In this document: piece after piece, positions 49,986-62,291 of the stretch
Position numbering within the stretch: the stretch's first letter is position 1
Layout of the letters: every line of letters starts with the position of its first letter
DNA from: the human T2T-CHM13v2.0 reference genome, Homo sapiens
NCBI RefSeq assembly: GCF_009914755.1
Contig: NC_060932.1
Strand: one strand, 5' to 3'
Length of the DNA stretch: 64,000 bases
The notes under the pieces: model-generated
Seen by the model: the letters and a program-made list of their open reading frames with translations, nothing else
What the model was told of the DNA's origin: nothing
The model's database searches: none
Translations under genes and position numbers: made by a program

Positions 49986-52900
49986 ATGATGGCACGTCGG
50001 GACCCCAAATCTTGGGCCAAGAGACTGGTGAGAGCCCAGACCCTCCAGAAGCAGCGGAGGGCCCCAGTTGGGCCAAGGGCTCCCCCGCCCGATGAAGAAG
50101 ATCCCAGGGTAAGTGTAGCCCTGGATCTCTTGGGTATCGGGGTGGGGGTGGGGACGGGGGGAGGGGCTGTCCCACGGTCCTCAGAGACTGGGTTGGATTC
50201 CAAAGAGTTCTGTCACCACCAGCCAGGTTGCTTTTCCCATCCAAGGTGGGCGTGGCTTGGGACCTTCTCCCCGGCCCGATAGGTCCCTTGAGAGACTCTT
50301 GGGGGCAACCTCCCTTTCTACTTAGAGTCCTGTGTAGCCACGTTTGGCTGCGTTGTTGACAACGGCTTCACCATCGTGCCCCTTGGAACCTTGAGTCCTT
50401 CCTTTCAGAGTTCCTCCGTCACATGGGCTTTGCGAGGGAACATCGTATCCGAAGTCTCCCAGCACTTAACGGCCCCCATGCCGGTGTCCCCTCTTTGGAA
50501 TCCTTATTCAGCTCTGAATTCACAATCCGTCCCAATGTTGACGTGGGATCGCTGCCTGTGGCTTCAGCTCACTCACTGACATCACTTCCTTTCCACCCGC
50601 AGCTCAAGTGCAAAAACTGCGGGGCCTTTGGCCACACGGCCAGAAGTACCAGGTGCCCCATGAAGTGCTGGAAGGCAGCCCTGGTTCCAGCGACCTTGGG
50701 GAAAAAGGAAGGGAAGGAAAACCTGAAACCATGGAAGCCCCGGGGTGAAGCCAACCCGGGGCCCTTGAACAAGGATAAGGGAGAGAAGGAAGAGAGACCA
50801 AGGTGAGCAGTGGGAGGGGTTTTCACCACTCTTAGGGTACGGCCTCCCAAGGACATGGTGTCTCTGCACCTGCACACCGTGTGCCTTTCCGTCTCCGGGC
50901 CAGGGAAGGAACGCTGCAGAGAAATAGGCCGGAGCTCCGTGTCCTCCGGGGTTCCACACCCAGGAGCTCCTTGGGCTCTGGGAGATTCAGGGACGGGGAG
51001 AGGCGGGGGCGCTTCGTGCAGGTTCCCCACGACAGCGGGAAAAGCGATGGAATCCAAATCACAGTCCTTAGTTGGGAAGCCTAGAGGGCCACCTGGAGGA
51101 TGGGAAGGTTGGCACGTGAGGGAAGGTGCAGAGGCGGAAAGGGCACCAGATGTCCATTTCTGTATCACAAAACACGGAATGGGGCTGGGCCCCAGACGGG
51201 GTTCTCCCTGTCTCCTGGGGAAAACCAGGGGGCACGGCCTGACCTTCTTCTGTTCTGCAGGCAACAAGACCCGCAGAGGAAGGCTCTCCTCCACATGTTT
51301 TCCGGGAAACCTCCAGAGAAGCCGCTGCCGAATGGAAAAGGATCCACGGAATCTTCTGATTATCTGAGGGCGAGTGTCACCCCGGGCCCCTGGTCTTTTT
51401 CTCCTCTAGGTCACCCTGGTTGATTTCCTTTCAGCTTCCCGTCTGCGGGAGGAAATCGGGGAACCCCTCTTTCTTGCCTTCTTGGGGTCAGGGACTCCAC
51501 GATCCTTCCAGGTCAATTGGATTCCAGGCGAAGGCATCTGAACATGCCGTATTTCCTGTTGCTTTCTTTCTGTCCAATTATGGCAAGCCTGCCAACAACA
51601 CGTTCCTAGCGGCATGAGGAAATTAGTCCCTCAGAGGCCCCAAACGTGGAGAAGGCGAAACCCAGGAACATGCATGTGTTCAGAGAAGACGTCCCGAGTA
51701 CCCTTGAGCCAGCAACCTGCCTTGGGAAGGGCATTAGTCCGTTCCACTTCATGGAAGGCTGAGTGGAGGCGCTTTGATCCAGTTAATGCCCAAGACGCGA
51801 TCTTTTGAACAATGGTGTGCTTAGATCAGCTACACATAGCTCGAGAGCGCATCTTTCATGTGTCTTGTCCTGATCAGCACTCAGGTGGAGGGTCTGTCCC
51901 TACTTCCAAGGACCGCCTGTCGATACTGTACTAAGAATTTCATGGCGTGTGCACCTTGTCTTTGGATGTGCTTGATTTTCACGTTGGCTCCATGCTGAGG
52001 AACTTCTAACCTGTGTTGTTTCCTCTCTTTCAGGTTGCAAGCGGGCCAATGCCGGTCCACACAACCAGTAAGAGGCCGCGCTTGGACCCTGTCCTCGCTG
52101 ATCGCTCAGCTACCGCAATGTCTGGCAGGGGCTCCGTCTTGGCTTCACTGTCTCCCCTCAGAAAAGCCAGCCTGAGCTCCTCCTCAAGTCTTGGACCAAA
52201 GGAAAGACAGACAGGGGCTGCGGCCGACATGCCTCAGCCTGCAGTCAGGCACCAGGGCCGCGAGCCTCTCCTCGTGGTGAAGCCGACACACAGCCGCCCC
52301 GAGGGTGGCTGCCGAGAAGTTCCCCAGGCTGCCTCCAAAACCCACGGCCTGCTCCAGGCCGCCAGACCCCAGGCACAAGACAAACGTCCTGCGGTGACCT
52401 CACAGCCCTGCCCGCCAGCCGCCACACACAGCTTGGGCCTAGGCTCCAATCTCAGCTTCGGGCCAGGAGCCAAGAGACCTGCCCAGGCTCCGATTCAGGC
52501 TTGCCTGAACTTCCCCAAGAAACCGAGACTGGGTCCCTTCCAGATCCCCGAAAGCGCCATCCAGGGAGGTGAGCTGGGGGCCCCGGAGAATCTCCAACCT
52601 CCGCCAGCCGCAACCGAACTTGGACCAAGTACGTCGCCCCAGATGGGCAGGAGGACACCGGCCCAGGTGCCCAGCGTCGACCGGCAGCCTCCGCACAGCA
52701 GACCTTGCCTGCCTACTGCCCAGGCCTGCACCATGTCCCATCACTCAGCGGCCAGCCATGATGGGGCCCAGCCTCTCAGAGTGCTCTTCCGGAGACTGGA
52801 AAACGGACGCTGGAGCTCCAGCCTCCTGGCGGCCCCCTCATTTCACTCTCCTGAGAAGCCGGGAGCCTTCCTCGCTCAGAGCCCTCATGTGTCAGAGAAG

Positions 52901-52996
52901 TCTGAGGCTCCCTGTGTTCGTGTCCCACCGAGCGTCCTCTATGAGGACCTTCAGGTTTCCTCCTCCTCAGAGGACAGCGATTCTGACCTGGAGTGA
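49986..52996 (+). CDS. FAM90A: FAM90A family protein, copy 7, 464 aa; exons 49986-50108, 50603-50802, 51261-51369, 52034-52996
   Basis: Same exon structure; differs from copy 1 by I164V, P251L, L268Q, T367R. Confidence 0.95.
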
Positions 52997-53610
52997 GACT
53001 GCAGGTGGCAGGGGCTCCTTGGCCTCCGGCTCCCGTGACTTGGAGGGGACTGTGGGACTGAGGAGCGCAGAGCAGAGAGCACACTCTGTGCGGTGACTCC
53101 GAAGCTCCCCGGCTGTGGCGCTTCTGTGGATGTGGGAGCCCAGGCCAGGCAGGGAGCAGATGCAGGGACTCTGCCTCATTGAATTCTGGTGAGGGACGTT
53201 GTAGTTGGCGTGGTTCTCCGGAAACGCGCCAGGAAAAGCTTCCGTGCCAGAGATTCGTTGCCTCAGAAACTGCGTGACGCGCAGGAGTCAGACTTCCGCT
53301 GGGACGTCAATAGGAAACTGGGGAATTACTGTGTATTTGCTGTCTAGATGACTGAATAAGGGAAAAGTTAGGGAACCCTGAGAGGTGCAGCCCTTCCGCT
53401 GTGCCCCGCCCTGAGAGCAGTGTTTCGGACGCTGGGAAGCGTGCTGTGCGAAGCGCTCTCGGGGTCTTTCCTCAGCCTCGAAAACTGGGCTCTGGAATGC
53501 CTTTGTACATATGTGTGTTTAATGTGTTTTGAAGTGAATAAAATTCTCAAGAAGATGACATATTGTCTTTTGACTCTCATTCCGTGTTTGTGTGTAACTG
53601 ATTTTCCAAG

Positions 53611-54643
53611 TGAAGGGGTGGCCTGCCCCTCCACACCTGTGGGTGTTTCTAGTCGGGTGGGATGAGAGACGGAGAAAAGAAATAAGACACAGAGACAAAG
53701 TATAGGGAGACAACAGTGGGTCCAGGGGACCGGCACTCAGCACACCTAGGACCTGCACCGGCACCGGCCTCTGAGTTCCCGCAGTTTTTATTGATTGTGA
53801 TTTTCATTATTTCAGCACAAAGGAATGCAGTAGGGGAGCAGGGTGATAATAAGGGGAAGGTCAACAAAAACAACACAAAACAAACACGTGAGCAAAAGAA
53901 TCCATATCATTATTAAGTTCAAGGGAAGGTACTATGCCTGGACGTGCACGTAGGCCAGATTTATGTTTCTCTCCACACAAATATCTCAGCGGAGTAAAGA
54001 ATAACAAGGCAGCATTACTGCCAACATGTCTCGCCTCCCGCCACAGGGCAGCTTTTCTCCGAGCTCAGAGTTGAACAAATGTACGATCGGGCTTTACACC
54101 GAGACATTCAGTTCCCAGGGGCAAGCAGGAGACAGTGGCCTTCCTCCATCTGAACTGCAAGAGGCGTTCCTCTTTGACTAATCCACCTCAGCACAGACCC
54201 ATTGCGGGTGTCAGGCTGGGGGACATTCAGGACTTTCCCATCCCACGAGGCCATATTTCAGACTGTCACATGGGGAGAAACCTTGGACAATACCCTGCTT
54301 TCAAGGGCAGAGGTCCCTGTGGCTTTCCACGGTGCATTGCGCCCCTGGTTTATTGAGACTAGAGAATGGCAATGACTTCTACCAAGTATACTGCTCGTAA
54401 ACATTTGGTTAACAAGGCGCGTCCTGCACAGCCCTAGATCCCTTAAACCTCGATTTTATACAACACAGGTTTTTGTGAGCTCCAAGTTGGGTCAAAGGAA
54501 GGGGCTGCGGCAAGGCAACAAATGAACAACATCTCAGCAAAGCAATTGTTTAAACTACAGGTCTTTTTCAAAATGGAGTCTCTTATGTCTTCCCCTTCTA
54601 CATAGACACAGTGACAGTCTGATCTCTCTTTCTTTACCCTACA
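53611..54643 (-). mobile_element. HERV-K(HML-2) solo LTR, LTR5A-like
   Basis: Same termini and TCCAAG TSD; 1033 bp. Confidence 0.92.
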
Positions 54644-56391
54644 TCCAAGGGCTTGAACATTTCTTGACTTGTTGGCAATCCAAATCGTTACGTCTCCGAA
54701 ACAGAGTTGACTGAGGGGACCGCAGGGCTGGGCAGGACCTTTGACTTCCTATACATCCACAGGAGCAAGAAAACCTCAGCCCCACTCTACCAACACGCAC
54801 CTAGTAAAATTCCGCCAACCGAATCTCACGCACGCTAACACGTGGGGAGCGTTGCTTGCACCACGAGTCCCCATTTGGCTCAACCGCCGATGCCAAGTGT
54901 GTGGTTCCAGTTGCGACGGCCCCCCGTGAAGTGGCTTCCGGATGTGCGAAGGAACCAGGCAGAGTTTCACTGGCCAAATAGACCCCAGCAAAGCTGAAGT
55001 TAACTCCCACATTTGGGATGTACTTCAGAGGTAAAACATTCATCCCGTCTTCTTTCCGGATGTCTGACACCATGGTTCTCCCCCTGATCCTAAGAGTAGC
55101 TGAGGCAGAGACTCACTGAAAGATCTAGGCGGGGATATCCCATCATGCACAGGCTCTCTCCATTCTCTGACCTGGGAACAACTCTCAGCAGGATTCCACA
55201 TCTAGGAGGCCTCGGAACTCAGCGGGATTTTCTGAGACACACCAACTGGCTGCTCCCTCTCCGCCGCTGTTGAGGGTCGTTATCTTGATTATCCAGATCA
55301 CCTAGAAAGTATCCGTATCCAGAATGAATAAGATCAACTCTCTGCTCCTCTGACAGCAGAAGGAGCAGGACCGTAAGGAACCAAAGAGCGTGGAAGGAAA
55401 CGATGTGACAGGAAAGCTCAGAGAACGGCCACAGGGGGTCGTCAGCAGGCCTTCCAACCTGAATCATGAATAATTAATGAAGCGCAAATCAAAGGGGACT
55501 CGAGTTTCAGCAGGAGCAATTCATCCAACGGGAGATCGCCGGAGGGCCAACAAGATTGAGTGACTGGGAGCCGGGTGCAGTGTCAAAGGGGACGCGACTG
55601 GTTCCAAAGCTCGAGAAGACCATGGGGTCACTTGGGCTACATGAGAAAACGCCCCAGTGTGCTGGTTCATCATTCCGACTCCTGCCTGTCTCTTCCCGTC
55701 CAAGGAACATGGACCCTAAGTCGTGCAGGTGCGGATGACCATGGGCAGAATTAGGGGCCGTGGCACAAAAGTTCACCGACACGGGAGTTCCACAGAAGGT
55801 GCGGTGGATCTTCGCAAATCCAGAGACATGGCAATGGGACCCAGGGAATTACAGCCTCACAGGCGTCCGGGAGACTTTTCAGGCATAATGCCTGGAGTCG
55901 CAAGAGGAGCTGAAAAAGGAGCCAGGCACTGAAGGACAAAGCGTTGTTGACTTTCCTCATCTGTGTTTCCCAGTGCGGTCCAATTCACGGTTGTTTCCAA
56001 GCGCCTCCTGGGGGAGAAAACACATGAGGGTGCGGTCAGGGTTCTCTGCTGACAGACTTACCTTGGGGAAGAAAGAGAAGCTCTGAAGATGGATCATGGC
56101 CGTGACTGCATGTCAAGGAGAGTCTCCTTGATGACACTGAGGCCTACGTCGAGATAGACAAAATGTGGTCCAATTAAAAGGTGTCTATTTTACCACATTT
56201 TTTAAAACAAAACAAAACAAAACAACAAAAAAGATGGAAAAGAAGACAGGGGTACAGGCACCAGTGTTACATGTCTGACGGGGAACATCTATTGTTCAAA
56301 GCTTGCAGCTGTACAAGTAGGTTTTAGAATGTCTGTCAGCAGTGGACATGATCTTAGAGTGGGCTGTGCAGATAGACCTTTCCAGGTCATG

Positions 56392-56481
56392 TAATTGGAT
56401 TAAGTTAATTGCAATTAAGGTACAGGTAACTGATTAGGTTAGGGTACGTTCCATGTCAGGTGACCAGAGGCAGTATAAAAG
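56392..56481 (+). promoter_or_regulatory. Putative FAM90A promoter, copy 8
   Basis: DUX4 motif 56431-56441, TATAAAAG from 56474. Confidence 0.7.
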
Positions 56482-57633
56482 GCAGCCTGGAAAGCGGAGG
56501 TCCCTCTCTGCCCCTTCCTCCGTCGTCCTGGATGCTGCATCGCTTCCAGCCGGGCTGCTGCAGCACCTGCCCATCTCAGCGCCAGCCTGGGAAAGAAAGT
56601 AGACGTGTAATTTCAGGTTGGTTTCGCTGAACAATTGTTTGTTTCACGCAATCCCTGAGGGGTTTTTGCGGGGGGTGTGGGGGAGGAAGAGACAAAGGAG
56701 GCCGAAAGAAACCGATCACACTGGGGCTTGCTGGTGGGGTAGGATGTGTTCTCGTTACTAGTAATTCTTGGAACAGAAAACGAGACAACATATCCGTCTC
56801 CACGTGTGGGAGAAGACCAAGATGGGAATGGGAAAAGAAATGTACTGCAGCATGCTGAATTGGTGGGTAAATGGAAAAAGGACTTTGGAAAAAAGGGGGG
56901 TTTGCCCTTCAGCCGTGTAAGACGTCGATACGATACGGCACTTCTTCCCCGTTTGTTCAGATGAATTCGTGTGGTGTGCGTAAAATACCAGGAAAATAAA
57001 TAAAGAGGGGCTGGAGCTAAAGCCAAAAGATAGAACAGGAAAGATCCTCACCTGCTAGTGCGGTAGAGAGGAAGGTAACTTCTCTGTATGAATTTGTGCT
57101 TGGAAGTTGCCTAATGAAATGGCAAGAGTAGCGATTCAAGTTGTCACAGGAAGCATCCCTTATCCGTGACTTCAAGCAGACCTGCCAAAGGGTGGCACAC
57201 GCCATGCCCTGTGTCTTCGATCATTCTGTCCGTCAAGGGAGATAGAATCACCGTGTCTTCTACCGGAGTGAATCGTGAGAGACCTAAGTCCAGTCTCCAG
57301 AATCAGTTGTTTGTTTGGGGTTGAAAGCTCAACCCCCCCATACCTAGGCCACGGGCCCTGTGGCAGGTGGGGTTTACTCTTGGACTAGGTAGTCATGGCA
57401 GAGGAACACACAATATCCGAGGATGCGCACAGCACATTGTGTTCTACAGATTTGACCGACTGGTGGTGAGGTCTCCTCATGACCACACAGGCAGGGAGTT
57501 AGCAGGTGGCTTCCTGTGGGTGTGTGAATATCCAACGTGCTTAACCATCGACATGTGTGTGTTTGTGTGTGTTTCAGGTGGCCCAACAGTCCACCCCTGA
57601 AAAAGGCGGTCATAAAACCCCCAGGAGACGAAG

Positions 57634-60600
57634 ATGATGGCACGTCGGGACCCCAAATCTTGGGCCAAGAGACTGGTGAGAGCCCAGACCCTCCAGAAGC
57701 AGCGGAGGGCCCCAGTTGGGCCAAGGGCTCCCCCGCCCGATGAAGAAGATCCCAGGGTAAGTGTAGCCCTGCATCTCTTGGGTATCGGGGTGGGAGTGGG
57801 GACGGGGGGAGGGGGTGTCCCACGGTCCTCAGAGACTGGGTTGGATTCCAAAGAGTTCTGTCACCACCAGCCAGGTTGCTTTTCCCATCCAAGGTGGGCG
57901 TGGCTTGGGACCTTCTCCCCGGCCCGATAGGTCCCTTGAGAGACTCTTGGGGGCAACCTCCCTTTCTACTTAGAGTCCTGTGTAGCCACGTTTGGCTGCG
58001 TTGTTGACATCGGCTTCACCATGGTGCCCCTTGGAACCTTGAGTCCTTCCTTTCAGAGTTCCTCCGTCACATGGGCTTTGCGAGGGAACATCGTATCCGA
58101 AGTCTCCCAGCACTTAACGGCCCCCATGCCGGTGTCCCCTCTTTGGAATCCTTATTCAGCTCTGAATTCACAATCCGTCCCAATGTTGACGTGGGATCGC
58201 TGCCTGTGGCTTCAGCTCACTCACTGACATCACTTCCTTTCCACCCGCAGCTCAAGTGCAAAAACTGCGGGGCCTTTGGCCACACGGCCAGAAGTACCAG
58301 GTGCCCCATGAAGTGCTGGAAGGCAGCCCTGGTTCCAGCGACCTTGGGGAAAAAGGAAGGGAAGGAAAACCTGAAACCATGGAAGCCCCGGGGTGAAGCC
58401 AACCCGGGGCCCTTGAACAAGGATAAGGGAGAGAAGGAAGAGAGACCAAGGTGAGCAGTGGGAGGGGTTTTCACCACTCTTAGGGTACGGCCTCCCAAGG
58501 ACATGGTGTCTCTGCACCTGCACACCGTGTGCCTTTCCGTCTCCGGGCCAGGGAAGGAACGCTGCAGAGAAATAGGCCGGAGCTCCGTGTCCTCCGGGGT
58601 TCCACACCCAGGAGCTCCTTGGGCTCTGGGAGATTCAGGGACGGGGAGAGGCGGGGGCGCTTCGTGCAGGTTCCCCACGACAGCGGGAAAAGCGATGGAA
58701 TCCAAATCACAGTCCTTAGTTGGGAAGCCTAGAGGGCCACCTGGAGGATGGGAAGGTTGGCACGTGAGGGAAGGTGCAGAGGCGGAAAGGGCACCAGATG
58801 TCCATTTCTGTATCACAAAACACGGAATGGGGCTGGGCCCCAGACGGGGTTCTCCCTGTCTCCTGGGGAAAACCAGGGGGCACGGCCTGACCTTCTTCTG
58901 TTCTGCAGGCAACAAGACCCGCAGAGGAAGGCTCTCCTCCACATGTTTTCCGGGAAACCTCCAGAGAAGCCGCTGCCGAATGGAAAAGGATCCACGGAAT
59001 CTTCTGATTATCTGAGGGCGAGTGTCACCCCGGGCCCCTGGTCTTTTTCTCCTCTAGGTCACCCTGGTTGATTTCCTTTCAGCTTCCCGTCTGCGGGAGG
59101 AAATCGGGGAACCCCTCTTTCTTGCCTTCTTGGGGTCAGGGACTCCACGATCCTTCCAGGTCAATTGGATTCCAGGCGAAGGCATCTGAACATGCCGTAT
59201 TTCCTGTTGCTTTCTTTCTGTCCAATTATGGCAAGCCTGCCAACAACACGTTCCTAGCGGCATGAGGAAATTAGTCCCTCAGAGGCCCCAAACGTGGAGA
59301 AGGCGAAACCCAGGAACATGCATGTGTTCAGAGAAGACGTCCCGAGTACCCTTGAGCCAGCAACCTGCCTTGGGAAGGGCATTAGTCCGTTCCACTTCAT
59401 GGAAGGCTGAGTGGAGGCGCTTTGATCCAGTTAATGCCCAAGACGCGATCTTTTGAACAATGGTGTGCTTAGATCAGCTACACATAGCTCGAGAGCGCAT
59501 CTTTCATGTGTCTTGTCCTGATCAGCACTCAGGTGGAGGGTCTGTCCCTACTTCCAAGGACCGCCTGTCGATACTGTACTAAGAATTTCATGGCGTGTGC
59601 ACCTTGTCTTTGGATGTGCTTGATTTTCACGTTGGCTCCATGCTGAGGAACTTCTAACCTGTGTTGTTTCCTCTCTTTCAGGTTGCAAGCGGGCCAATGC
59701 CGGTCCACACAACCAGTAAGAGGCCGCGCTTGGACCCTGTCCTCGCTGATCGCTCAGCTACCGCAATGTCTGGCAGGGGCTCCGTCTTGGCTTCACTGTC
59801 TCCCCTCAGAAAAGCCAGCCTGAGCTCCTCCTCAAGTCTTGGACCAAAGGAAAGACAGACAGGGGCTGCGGCCGACATGCCTCAGCCTGCAGTCAGGCAC
59901 CAGGGCCGCGAGCCTCTCCTCGTGGTGAAGCCGACACACAGCCGCCCCGAGGGTGGCTGCCGAGAAGTTCCCCAGGCTGCCTCCAAAACCCACGGCCTGC
60001 TCCAGGCCGCCAGACCCCAGGCACAAGACAAACGTCCTGCGGTGACCTCACAGCCCTGCCCGCCAGCCGCCACACACAGCTTGGGCCTAGGCTCCAATCT
60101 CAGCTTCGGGCCAGGAGCCAAGAGACCTGCCCAGGCTCCGATTCAGGCTTGCCTGAACTTCCCCAAGAAACCGAGACTGGGTCCCTTCCAGATCCCCGAA
60201 AGCGCCATCCAGGGAGGTGAGCTGGGGGCCCCGGAGAATCTCCAACCTCCGCCAGCCGCAACCGAACTTGGACCAAGTACGTCGCCCCAGATGGGCAGGA
60301 GGACACCGGCCCAGGTGCCCAGCGTCGACCGGCAGCCTCCGCACAGCAGACCTTGCCTGCCTACTGCCCAGGCCTGCACCATGTCCCATCACTCAGCGGC
60401 CAGCCATGATGGGGCCCAGCCTCTCAGAGTGCTCTTCCGGAGACTGGAAAACGGACGCTGGAGCTCCAGCCTCCTGGCGGCCCCCTCATTTCACTCTCCT
60501 GAGAAGCCGGGAGCCTTCCTCGCTCAGAGCCCTCATGTGTCAGAGAAGTCTGAGGCTCCCTGTGTTCGTGTCCCACCGAGCGTCCTCTATGAGGACCTTC

Positions 60601-60644
60601 AGGTTTCCTCCTCCTCAGAGGACAGCGATTCTGACCTGGAGTGA
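57634..60644 (+). CDS. FAM90A: FAM90A family protein, copy 8, 464 aa; exons 57634-57756, 58251-58450, 58909-59017, 59682-60644
   Basis: Same exon structure; protein identical to copy 7. Confidence 0.95.
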
Positions 60645-61258
60645 GACTGCAGGTGGCAGGGGCTCCTTGGCCTCCGGCTCCCGTGACTTGGAGGGGACTG
60701 TGGGACTGAGGAGCGCAGAGCAGAGAGCACACTCTGTGCGGTGACTCCGAAGCTCCCCGGCTGTGGCGCTTCTGTGGATGTGGGAGCCCAGGCCAGGCAG
60801 GGAGCAGATGCAGGGACTCTGCCTCATTGAATTCTGGTGAGGGACGTTGTAGTTGGCGTGGTTCTCCGGAAACGCGCCAGGAAAAGCTTCCGTGCCAGAG
60901 ATTCGTTGCCTCAGAAACTGCGTGACGCGCAGGAGTCAGACTTCCGCTGGGACGTCAATAGGAAACTGGGGAATTACTGTGTATTTGCTGTCTAGATGAC
61001 TGAATAAGGGAAAAGTTAGGGAACCCTGAGAGGTGCAGCCCTTCCGCTGTGCCCCGCCCTGAGAGCAGTGTTTCGGACGCTGGGAAGCGTGCTGTGCGAA
61101 GCGCTCTCGGGGTCTTTCCTCAGCCTCGAAAACTGGGCTCTGGAATGCCTTTGTACATATGTGTGTTTAATGTGTTTTGAAGTGAATAAAATTCTCAAGA
61201 AGATGACATATTGTCTTTTGACTCTCATTCCGTGTTTGTGTGTAACTGATTTTCCAAG

Positions 61259-62291
61259 TGAAGGGGTGGCCTGCCCCTCCACACCTGTGGGTGTTTCTAG
61301 TCGGGTGGGATGAGAGACGGAGAAAAGAAATAAGACACAGAGACAAAGTATAGGGAGACAACAGTGGGTCCAGGGGACCGGCACTCAGCACACCTAGGAC
61401 CTGCACCGGCACCGGCCTCTGAGTTCCCGCAGTTTTTATTGATTGTGATTTTCATTATTTCAGCACAAAGGAATGCAGTAGGGGAGCAGGGTGATAATAA
61501 GGGGAAGGTCAACAAAAACAACACAAAACAAACACGTGAGCAAAAGAATCCATATCATTATTAAGTTCAAGGGAAGGTACTATGCCTGGACGTGCACGTA
61601 GGCCAGATTTATGTTTCTCTCCACACAAATATCTCAGCGGAGTAAAGAATAACAAGGCAGCATTACTGCCAACATGTCTCGCCTCCCGCCACAGGGCAGC
61701 TTTTCTCCGAGCTCAGAGTTGAACAAATGTACGATCGGGCTTTACACCGAGACATTCAGTTCCCAGGGGCAAGCAGGAGACAGTGGCCTTCCTCCATCTG
61801 AACTGCAAGAGGCGTTCCTCTTTGACTAATCCACCTCAGCACAGACCCATTGCGGGTGTCAGGCTGGGGGACATTCAGGACTTTCCCATCCCACGAGGCC
61901 ATATTTCAGACTGTCACATGGGGAGAAACCTTGGACAATACCCTGCTTTCAAGGGCAGAGGTCCCTGTGGCTTTCCACGGTGCATTGCGCCCCTGGTTTA
62001 TTGAGACTAGAGAATGGCAATGACTTCTACCAAGTATACTGCTCGTAAACATTTGGTTAACAAGGCGCGTCCTGCACAGCCCTAGATCCCTTAAACCTCG
62101 ATTTTATACAACACAGGTTTTTGTGAGCTCCAAGTTGGGTCAAAGGAAGGGGCTGCGGCAAGGCAACAAATGAACAACATCTCAGCAAAGCAATTGTTTA
62201 AACTACAGGTCTTTTTCAAAATGGAGTCTCTTATGTCTTCCCCTTCTACATAGACACAGTGACAGTCTGATCTCTCTTTCTTTACCCTACA
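61259..62291 (-). mobile_element. HERV-K(HML-2) solo LTR, LTR5A-like
   Basis: Same termini and TCCAAG TSD; 1033 bp. Confidence 0.92.

Noticed and set aside
4099-60644. Assigning specific paralog symbols (FAM90A7, FAM90A14 and so on) to individual copies
   Set aside because: Copies are near-identical and mosaic; this needs alignment to a reference and flanking unique sequence.
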